A stretch of DNA of 64,000 nt from an uncultured Gammaproteobacteria bacterium. GTDB lineage: Bacteria; Patescibacteriota; Patescibacteriia; Patescibacteriales; UBA12465. Within the stretch, counting starts at the first letter, position 1; each line of letters begins with the position of its first letter. The translations under genes were made by a program, and so were the position numbers. The DNA is taken from assembly GCA_964355275.1 (NCBI GenBank), contig CAYHCB010000003.1:7052-71051 (forward strand), in the 5' to 3' direction. Positions 1 through 6,916 of this stretch are shown here, piece by piece. The notes under the pieces are model-generated. The model searched no databases. It was not told where the DNA came from and saw only the letters and a program-made list of their open reading frames with translations.

Positions 1-978
1 CGATACATATAAATTTTGATTACCCGATAAAAGATAAATATCGCCAGAAACTGGTTCATTAATATTTTTAATATTGACGGCGGTAACTGAAGTAAAATTA
101 TAAGACTGATAAGGAATATTAAAATAAAAGACATCGGGCGCATAACACTTATCCGACAAGTTACATTTTTCCGCTAAAACCTGACCACCATCTAAAATAC
201 GAGGCAATACCGGCTCATCTAATAAATAATTTTGATAATTATTAGTAACAAAATATAGATAGTCTCCAATTAAACGAGAATTACTATAATTCCCTTCTAA
301 ATTAAGATCTCTAACTTGTTTGGGATTTTTAGGGTCACTAATATCAAATATTTTTAAATAAGTATACTGACTCTGTCTTTTAAAACTTTGATAGGTTTTA
401 TTATTATAAATCTGATCATCATAACCAAAAATTATTAAACGATCACCACTAATATAAAATTCCTGGGGTCGAGACTTAAAGCTTATTTTAGTGATTGTTC
501 CTGCATCAACTGCCGGTTTAGCTTTAATAATATACAAATCATTATAATCTAAAAGATAAATATAATTACCATCAGTCTTCATAATATCAGCTTCATCAAC
601 TCCCGCTACCTGAACGTTTGTTAACGAGTAATCAGAACTCACAGAATTAGTGCCTTCGGCTTTAGAGCCTCCGAGACTATCTAAGGCCATCGTGGGTGCT
701 AAACCCCTTACTAAACCTGGTCGCCCCATCATATCTAAATTTTCAGAACTAACATTTTGCTTTAAAAAGGCTTGTAATTCTTCAATATTTTTAAATTTTT
801 TAATATCTCCTTTTAAAACTGAGTTTTCATCATAATTAAGATCTGTGGTTGTTGCCACAACCCCATTATCAACAGGTGGCGTTGGTGTTACTTTTTTATT
901 CCAAGGAAAAGAGCAGCCAGCTAAAGAAAAGGCTACAATCACCAACAATAATGTCATGCTATAATTTTTTTTAGACAT
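1..978 (-). CDS. Secreted lipoprotein, beta-propeller-domain-like family (N-terminal 326 codons; gene runs off the left window edge)
   Basis: Absent from the ORF track because no stop lies in the window. ATG at 978..976 opens a frame that stays open to base 1 (hand-translated). It begins MSKKNYSMTLLLVIVAFSLAGCSFPWNKK, a signal peptide plus LAGC lipobox. Later text (NVQVAGVDEADIMKTDGNYIYLL, GDRLIIFGYD, IFDISDPKNPKQV) resembles the secreted beta-propeller-domain family as I remember it. Confidence 0.6.
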   Translation of the reverse strand, partial: MSKKNYSMTLLLVIVAFSLAGCSFPWNKKVTPTPPVDNGVVATTTDLNYDENSVLKGDIKKFKNIEELQAFLKQNVSSENLDMMGRPGLVRGLAPTMALDSLGGSKAEGTNSVSSDYSLTNVQVAGVDEADIMKTDGNYIYLLDYNDLYIIKAKPAVDAGTITKISFKSRPQEFYISGDRLIIFGYDDQIYNNKTYQSFKRQSQYTYLKIFDISDPKNPKQVRDLNLEGNYSNSRLIGDYLYFVTNNYQNYLLDEPVLPRILDGGQVLAEKCNLSDKCYAPDVFYFNIPYQSYNFTSVTAVNIKNINEPVSGDIYLLSGNQNLYVS

Positions 979-1040
979 AAAAGTTAAAATATAAAAGGAT
1001 TTAATGTCTTTATTATAACATTAAAAGCTTAAGCTAACAA

Positions 1041-1634
1041 TTAATATATTTTTACAGATACTCCGGTTATTGCCCGGTCAAATAGATAAGAAGCATCTTT
1101 TACTCCTAAACGAATACAGCCATGAGAAACAGGTGTTCCTAAATGATTTTCACCTTCACGATAACCATTTGGCCAAATAGGTAATTCATGAATTCCAATA
1201 CCTCCCCCTAATCCCATCCAATAAGGCATCCATAATCCGTAAGTCCTAGACCAGGCCTTAGCTATTTTATTTGTTATTTTAAATTCACCCTTAGGGGTGG
1301 GCATACTTTTTTTTCCAGTAGAAACTTTAAACTCGCGCCATTTTAAATTAGAAATAAAATAAGATAAGCGCTGATTTTTTAAATTAATTTCTATTCTTTG
1401 TGGCAACTTGGCAGTTGAGCTAGATAAGGGGTTGTAAGCCCAATCAACCTCTTCTCCGTCTTTAAAACCATCACCGTCAGAGTCAGGATTTTGTGGATCA
1501 GTTTTAAATTTAAGTTCCCAATCATCTGACAAATAATCATTGTCAATATCAAGCGGAGCTTCAGCCTTAACAGGGGCGACCCCAAATAATATAGGTAAAA
1601 TAAGAAAAAATAAAATAAAATAAAAATTTTTCAT
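1041..1634 (-). CDS. L,D-transpeptidase (YkuD domain), secreted
   Basis: 197 aa with a hydrophobic N-terminus (MKNFYFILFFLILPILFGVAPVKA). Contains an Asp-rich DSDGDGFKDGEE Ca-binding-like motif. The C-terminal YkuD signature is GIHELP...HLGTPVSHGCIRL, with the catalytic Cys in HGCIR. Confidence 0.85.
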   Translation of the reverse strand: MKNFYFILFFLILPILFGVAPVKAEAPLDIDNDYLSDDWELKFKTDPQNPDSDGDGFKDGEEVDWAYNPLSSSTAKLPQRIEINLKNQRLSYFISNLKWREFKVSTGKKSMPTPKGEFKITNKIAKAWSRTYGLWMPYWMGLGGGIGIHELPIWPNGYREGENHLGTPVSHGCIRLGVKDASYLFDRAITGVSVKIY

Positions 1635-1637
1635 TGC

Positions 1638-3200
1638 TTATTTTTTAGTAAATTCGCAACCACAAAATTTCTGACGATAGAAGCCTAATTCTTTGGCCAA
1701 TTCCTGTGATTTTTTATAAATATCACCCGCTCTAAAATCTCTTTCTAAAAAAGAAGTATTATATTTTATAGCTAGTTCTCTAGCTATTTTAGTAAGCGAA
1801 GCGGCGTCTTTATAAGGAGAAACTAACAGACTGGTAGAAAAATAATCAAAGCCCTGCTCCTTGCTTATTTGTGCAGTTTTATCTAAACGGTCATGGTAAC
1901 AAATAAGACAACGGGCGCCACACTCAGCATCACTCTCGTGGCCCGACACCTTAGCTCCCCAGATATCATGATTATACGGTTCGATAATTAAAGAAATATT
2001 ATTTTTCTCGGCAACAACCCGAACCCAAGCTAAACGTTCTTCATATTCAGTTAAAGAACATAAATTAGAATTGTAAAAATATAAAGTTACTGCAAATTCT
2101 TTATTAAGTATCTCCTTAACAAGATAAGCGCTACAAGGAGCACAACACACATGAAGTAAAAGTTTTGGTTTCTTTTTTAATTTAGTTGGTAAATAAGAAA
2201 AAGAAATAACTAAAATAAGCATTACTAAAACTATTCCGCCTAAAGCTAAAAGCTTACCCTGACTTTGTAAAAATAAACCAGCCATTCCGAAAAAAGCTGA
2301 CAAGAAATAAAAAATAAAAACTGTCTGTCTCTGGTTTAAACCTAGAGCCATTAAGCGATGATGTAAGTGTTTTTTATCAGCTGATTTAAAAGGATTCTGT
2401 CTGGCTAGTAAACGACGAGTAATAGTCCAAGCAACATCTAAGATAGGAATACCCATTACCAGTAAAGCAATAGCTATTTTCCCCCCAGAAATTATAGCCA
2501 GCACCCCGAGAGCGAAACCTAAAAAAAGTGAGCCACCTTCTCCTAAAAAAATAGAAGCTGGATTAAAATTGTAAAATAAAAAACCTAAAATGGCTCCGGC
2601 TAAAACTAAAGAGGCAAAAGCAATATCTGGTTGATAATATTTAGTAGTCAGTGTAAAAAGAAAAATAACCAAAGCGCCAATAGTTGAGACTCCACCGACC
2701 AGTCCATCGACACCATCAAGTAATTTAGTGGTATACATCATCCCCATCAACCACAAGGCGATAAAAATTGGCGACAACCAAGTAATCATACTTAAACTAA
2801 CATAGCCACCAAAAGGATTAGATAATTTCAATATTTCAACGCCACCAAGTAAAACGGCAATAATAGCGAGCAGCGGAAAAATTATTTGTTTCTTCGGACT
2901 AAAATTATATTTATCATCTAAGGTGCCGCCGATAATTAAAATTAAAGAACCAATAAAAAATCCTAACCAATGAGACAAATTTAAATTACCAACCAAAAGC
3001 TGTTTGGAAAACAAAAAAATAACAAAAAAGAAAACTATAAAAATAACCGTTCCACCAAGCAGTGGAATCGGTTTAAGATGAATCTTTCTCAGGAAATCCG
3101 GTTTATCAGTAATTTGCCAGCGTGTCGCCAAACGACTCGCCACTGGTGTTAAAATTAAAGATAAAACTAAGGATAAAATAAAAGCCAAAACAAAAACCAT
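1638..3200 (-). CDS. Fusion: MraY/WecA-family polyprenyl-phosphate sugar-1-phosphate transferase (GT4) plus C-terminal QueH (DUF208) epoxyqueuosine reductase domain
   Basis: 520 aa. The first ~340 aa are polytopic and carry MraY/WecA motifs (KLLDGVDGLVGG, NFNPASIFLGEGGSLFLGF, HHRL). The last ~175 aa match QueH: LLLHVCCAPCSAYL, GARCLICYHDRLDKTA, FDYFSTSLLVSPYK, YRQKFCGCEF. The frame is continuous, with no ATG between the last TM helix and the QueH domain. Confidence 0.8.
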   Translation of the reverse strand: MVFVLAFILSLVLSLILTPVASRLATRWQITDKPDFLRKIHLKPIPLLGGTVIFIVFFFVIFLFSKQLLVGNLNLSHWLGFFIGSLILIIGGTLDDKYNFSPKKQIIFPLLAIIAVLLGGVEILKLSNPFGGYVSLSMITWLSPIFIALWLMGMMYTTKLLDGVDGLVGGVSTIGALVIFLFTLTTKYYQPDIAFASLVLAGAILGFLFYNFNPASIFLGEGGSLFLGFALGVLAIISGGKIAIALLVMGIPILDVAWTITRRLLARQNPFKSADKKHLHHRLMALGLNQRQTVFIFYFLSAFFGMAGLFLQSQGKLLALGGIVLVMLILVISFSYLPTKLKKKPKLLLHVCCAPCSAYLVKEILNKEFAVTLYFYNSNLCSLTEYEERLAWVRVVAEKNNISLIIEPYNHDIWGAKVSGHESDAECGARCLICYHDRLDKTAQISKEQGFDYFSTSLLVSPYKDAASLTKIARELAIKYNTSFLERDFRAGDIYKKSQELAKELGFYRQKFCGCEFTKK

Positions 3201-3222
3201 ATCTTTTTAAATTTATAACAAA

Positions 3223-5901
3223 TTACAACTCTCGTCCTTTCTCAACACCAATCTGACCTAAAAAATCAATTAAAACTGTATCACGACGTTTTAACTTGTT
3301 AGCTAAAACTAAATTAGCAATTTCATCTTCTACTCTCTCTTGAAGCAAACGTCTAAGTGGTCTAGCCCCAAATTTAGGATCATAACCAGCTTTAGCTAGA
3401 ATTTCTACGCCCTCTTTATCGGCTTTAAAATTTATTCCCTTATCAGCCAAATTTTTCTTAATCTTTTTAAGCATTAAAGTGGCAATCTTGAAAATATTTT
3501 CTTCAGTTAGTGGTTTAAAAACAACAATGCCATCAAAACGATTAATAAGTTCTGGCCGCATGTATTTATTTAATTGATTATCAACTAAGTCTTGCTTAAT
3601 TAAATTAATATCCACACCGAGTTTAATTTCCTCTTGAATAAATATTGAACCAATATTTGAAGTAGCGATAATAATTGACTCTGAGAAACTAATCGTTCTT
3701 CCCTGCCCATCGGTTAAACGTCCATCATCAAGCAATTGTAAAAATAAATTTAAAATATCTGGGTGAGCCTTTTCAATTTCATCAAATAGAATTAAAGAAA
3801 AAGGTTTTTTACGAACTGCTTCAGTTAAATATCCGAGCACCCCTCTTTGATCACCAATCATTTTACTAACACTATCAGCTTCCTGATATTCACTCATATC
3901 TAAACGAACCATATACTTTTCATCTCCAAAATAAACCTGGGAAACTGTTTTAGCTAATTCGGTTTTACCAACACCTGTTGGACCTAAGAATAAAAAACTA
4001 GCAATTGGTCTAACTGAATCCTTAAGTTCGGCTCTTGCTCGACGTAAAGAAGCCGAAACCGCTTTAACTGCCTCATCTTGCCCAACCATTCGTTCATGAA
4101 TATCTATTTCTAAATTAAGTAATTTTTTTCCTTCATCTTCAGAAACTTTACCAGCCGGAATACCGGTCAGCTCTTCAATTGCTAAAGCAACTTCTTCAGC
4201 GCCACAAATAATTTGTTCAGAATTATTTCTCGCCATTTTATTAGTAATGATAACAGCCTTTTGTAACAAATTAATTGTTTTAAGCGGCGCACTAATATCA
4301 TGTAGATATTTATTAGCCAGACTAACAGTCCTTTCTAAGGCGTTATAAGTTAAATAAATACCATAACGCGATTCAAGCGCGCTGGCCTTACTTTCTAAAA
4401 TTTGAATAGTTTGATTAAAATTAGGCTCAGATAATCCGATAGTAGTCATAGCCTCACCCAAAGAAGTGCCTTCTATAAACTTAGAGTAATTTTCCGTGGT
4501 AGCAGTGGCAATACAAAAAATGATTTGTCGATTAACCGCCTCAACTAATACTTCAGATAACTCAAAACTTTCTTCCCCACCGGAACTTATACCCATTAAA
4601 TTTTCAATATCGGGAATAAATAAAATAATATTGCCAGATTGATTAACTTCATTAAGACAAAGGAGCAAGCGTTCCTGAGCTTCACTAGGAGAAGCTCCGG
4701 AAATAAGACTGGCTAAATCAAGCTCTACTAATCGTTTATCTTGTAAAAATTTAGGAACATCTTCTCTAACCATTAATTGAGCTAAACCCTCCACTACAGT
4801 TCTTTTACCAACTCCGGTTTGTCCAATGAGTAAAATACCGGCTTGACCGCTAGAAAAAGCATCAAAAATTGCAGAAAATTCTTTAACCCGATCGATGCAT
4901 AATTCTAATCTACCAGCCCGAGCCGCTAAAGTTAAGTCACTAGAAAAATGATCAAGAGTAGGCGTAGCAATGGCCGTATAAGATCTATTCATCGCACCCC
5001 AAGGTTTTAAACCGGCGGCGTGGTGATAAGAGCGATAACTACTAGTTAATTTTTCATTAACTCTAAACCATTCAACCACATTTTTTATTTTATCGGCATC
5101 AACATCTAAATCATATAAAATTTCTGCTAAAATAGAATCATGAGCATAACAAGGCCAAGCTAAATCTAAAACGGTAGTAGCTGACTGGCGGCGAGTAAAA
5201 GCCTCGAGACCGGCTAATATAATAATCTCTTTTAACTCATTACTTAAAATCGGAGACTTAGCTGAACTTTCATCGTCAGCTAAATGTTTGTCTAATTTCT
5301 GAACAAGCACACTAGCATCAACGCCTAAACGGATAAACATGGCTTGAACTTTTTTAGTCTTGAGTAAAGAACGAAATAAATGGCGAGGCCCCACCTCTTT
5401 CTGTTTTAATTTAGCAGCTAGAATATAAGCCTCTTCTAAAGCAGTCTTAGCTTCATCATCTAAAGTCTTAACTAAATTCCAGGCAGTTTTTTTCTTAAAT
5501 TGCCCGCTACGGTCATCAATCTTTAATTGATGATAATTAATTTTCTGTTTGCTAGCCTTATCAACACTAGACCGATAATATAAAAATAAATCAAAAATAA
5601 GTGACAACAAAAAAAATAAAATAAGGGGATGCTGGTAGTATTCAGGTTGTAAAAATTGTAAAGGACTGGCTAAAAAAACACTTCCTTGCTCATAGCCATA
5701 CCAAATTAAAGCCAGCCAACCTAAAGCGACGATGCAAAAAGAAATTAAATTTATTAAACGACGAATCTTTGCTAGCCCACGATCTAAAACTATTAAAGAG
5801 CGTTTTATATGTAAATCACAAAAAGCAAAACAACCTAAAAACCAAACACCAAAAATATTAGTTTTTTTATTATATTCAAATTGAATTTCGTCTTCACTCA
5901 T
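3223..5901 (-). CDS. Membrane-anchored Clp/Hsp100-family AAA+ protein with degenerate NBD1 and intact NBD2
   Basis: 892 aa with about three N-terminal hydrophobic helices, then Clp_N-like repeats (GPRHLFRSLL, VLDLAWPCYAHDSILAEIL). NBD1 reads GQTGVGKRTVVEGLAQ and ILFIPDIENL, so Walker A T/S and the Walker B DE pair are lost. NBD2 is intact: [40 protein letters not shown]. No coiled-coil M-domain. Confidence 0.8.
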   Translation of the reverse strand: MSEDEIQFEYNKKTNIFGVWFLGCFAFCDLHIKRSLIVLDRGLAKIRRLINLISFCIVALGWLALIWYGYEQGSVFLASPLQFLQPEYYQHPLILFFLLSLIFDLFLYYRSSVDKASKQKINYHQLKIDDRSGQFKKKTAWNLVKTLDDEAKTALEEAYILAAKLKQKEVGPRHLFRSLLKTKKVQAMFIRLGVDASVLVQKLDKHLADDESSAKSPILSNELKEIIILAGLEAFTRRQSATTVLDLAWPCYAHDSILAEILYDLDVDADKIKNVVEWFRVNEKLTSSYRSYHHAAGLKPWGAMNRSYTAIATPTLDHFSSDLTLAARAGRLELCIDRVKEFSAIFDAFSSGQAGILLIGQTGVGKRTVVEGLAQLMVREDVPKFLQDKRLVELDLASLISGASPSEAQERLLLCLNEVNQSGNIILFIPDIENLMGISSGGEESFELSEVLVEAVNRQIIFCIATATTENYSKFIEGTSLGEAMTTIGLSEPNFNQTIQILESKASALESRYGIYLTYNALERTVSLANKYLHDISAPLKTINLLQKAVIITNKMARNNSEQIICGAEEVALAIEELTGIPAGKVSEDEGKKLLNLEIDIHERMVGQDEAVKAVSASLRRARAELKDSVRPIASFLFLGPTGVGKTELAKTVSQVYFGDEKYMVRLDMSEYQEADSVSKMIGDQRGVLGYLTEAVRKKPFSLILFDEIEKAHPDILNLFLQLLDDGRLTDGQGRTISFSESIIIATSNIGSIFIQEEIKLGVDINLIKQDLVDNQLNKYMRPELINRFDGIVVFKPLTEENIFKIATLMLKKIKKNLADKGINFKADKEGVEILAKAGYDPKFGARPLRRLLQERVEDEIANLVLANKLKRRDTVLIDFLGQIGVEKGREL

Positions 5902-5905
5902 AAAA

Positions 5906-6268
5906 TTAAAGAAGTTGTTTCCAAATAGCTAATAAAATAAGGAGTGGTAAAGCTAAATAAAAAATGAAAAAAATAATACCAAAAATAATTACAAATAACA
6001 TCGCTAAACCACGGTAAATAATTTGGACTAGACGAACAAGAAAAGAAATCAGCCGACCGGCGAAATCGTGCTGACCATACATGGGCACAAAAATATTTCT
6101 AAACCAAACCAAAAAACCTAAAGAAGCTTCTTGATTACGATAAAAATTTAATACCCCTTTAGTTGTTTTAATTAAACCAAGGCTATACCACCACAGTGGA
6201 AAATATAAAAAATCCCAGATGATACGTGCCAGGATTTGACCACTATAGGTGAGTGAATTATGTTTCAT
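5906..6268 (-). CDS. Small integral membrane protein, unknown function
   Basis: 120 aa with 3-4 hydrophobic segments. It ends 4 nt upstream of the membrane-anchored Clp gene, suggesting translational coupling. I recognise no motif. Confidence 0.5.
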   Translation of the reverse strand: MKHNSLTYSGQILARIIWDFLYFPLWWYSLGLIKTTKGVLNFYRNQEASLGFLVWFRNIFVPMYGQHDFAGRLISFLVRLVQIIYRGLAMLFVIIFGIIFFIFYLALPLLILLAIWKQLL

Positions 6269-6328
6269 ATTTTTGATTAATCTGATTTAATTATACCACA
6301 AAATAAGTTCAGACAAAAATAAAAAAAA

Positions 6329-6754
6329 TTAAAGCCAAGCAGAAATATCAGGATAAACTATTTTACCAGCGATATCATTTAAATCTAACCAAATAGCACG
6401 CCCCTCTTCATTAGAATTTAAAATAAAAAAATTGGCTATCTCATAGTTACTAGCGTCTACAAAATCAGCTTCATAAATAAAAACGACTTCATGCCCCGGT
6501 TTTCCGTTGTAGAAAAAAATATTTTCTAGAACCCTGAGTAAGCGACAATTTTTAAGTTCAACATTTAATTCTTCTTTAAATTCTCGATTTAAAGCTTGAA
6601 GCGATGACTCACCAAAGTCAACACCGCCACCGAGTAAACGATAAAAAGTTTCCCCTTTGATTTTGTCATAACCAGGAGAAACCAAAATTTGATTTTTACG
6701 ATTTTTGATAATAGCTAAAGCTAAGGGCCGAATAGCCTCACTGTTGTATGGCAT
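6329..6754 (-). CDS. NUDIX hydrolase
   Basis: Nudix box GGGVDFGESSLQALNREFKEELNV (GX5EX7REUXEEXGU). The track ORF extends to 6835, but I prefer the internal ATG at 6754 (MPYNSEAIRP). The extension is hydrophobic junk and overlaps the divergent clpB promoter. Confidence 0.8.
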   Translation of the reverse strand: MPYNSEAIRPLALAIIKNRKNQILVSPGYDKIKGETFYRLLGGGVDFGESSLQALNREFKEELNVELKNCRLLRVLENIFFYNGKPGHEVVFIYEADFVDASNYEIANFFILNSNEEGRAIWLDLNDIAGKIVYPDISAWL

Positions 6755-6834
6755 AAATTTAATATTATTTTTATTATAGCAGAAAAACAAAGAAATCAAC
6801 CAATATCTATTCATAAAATAGGGGTTTTTTAGCA

Positions 6835-6863
6835 TTGACAGAGGCTAAACCCTATAGTATTAT
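6835..6863 (+). promoter_or_regulatory. Sigma70-type promoter for clpB (TTGACA-N17-TATTAT)
   Basis: TTGACA at 6835..6840, a 17-nt spacer, then TATTAT at 6858..6863. It lies directly upstream of the CIRCE element. Confidence 0.5.
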
Positions 6864-6867
6864 TAGT

Positions 6868-6894
6868 TTAGCACTCATAATGCTTGACTGCTAA
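6868..6894 (+). promoter_or_regulatory. CIRCE operator (HrcA binding site) upstream of clpB
   Basis: TTAGCACTC-ataatgctt-GACTGCTAA differs from the consensus TTAGCACTC-N9-GAGTGCTAA at one position. It sits 22 nt upstream of the clpB ATG. hrcA is encoded in this window. Confidence 0.8.
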
Positions 6895-6916
6895 TTAAAA
6901 CTTTAAAAATACAAAT

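Noticed and set aside
650-835. 61-aa plus-strand ORF from the track
   Set aside because: It lies antisense inside the long open minus-strand frame (1..978), which encodes a lipoprotein with a clear signal peptide and lipobox. It has no start context or motif of its own.
979-1040. Hairpin TTAATGT-(10 nt)-ACATTAA between the L,D-transpeptidase and lipoprotein genes as a terminator
   Set aside because: The stem is all A/T with a large loop and an interrupted T-tail. In this AT-rich genome it cannot be distinguished from chance, and the genes look co-transcribed.
6755-6835. N-terminal extensions of track ORFs (NUDIX 6755..6835; def 12199..12267; dCMP deaminase 26841..26915; miaB 34672..34707; hsp20 56355..56471)
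   Set aside because: In each case an internal ATG gives the N-terminus expected for the family. The extension is non-homologous, overlaps a neighbouring gene or promoter, or is hydrophobic or low-complexity.
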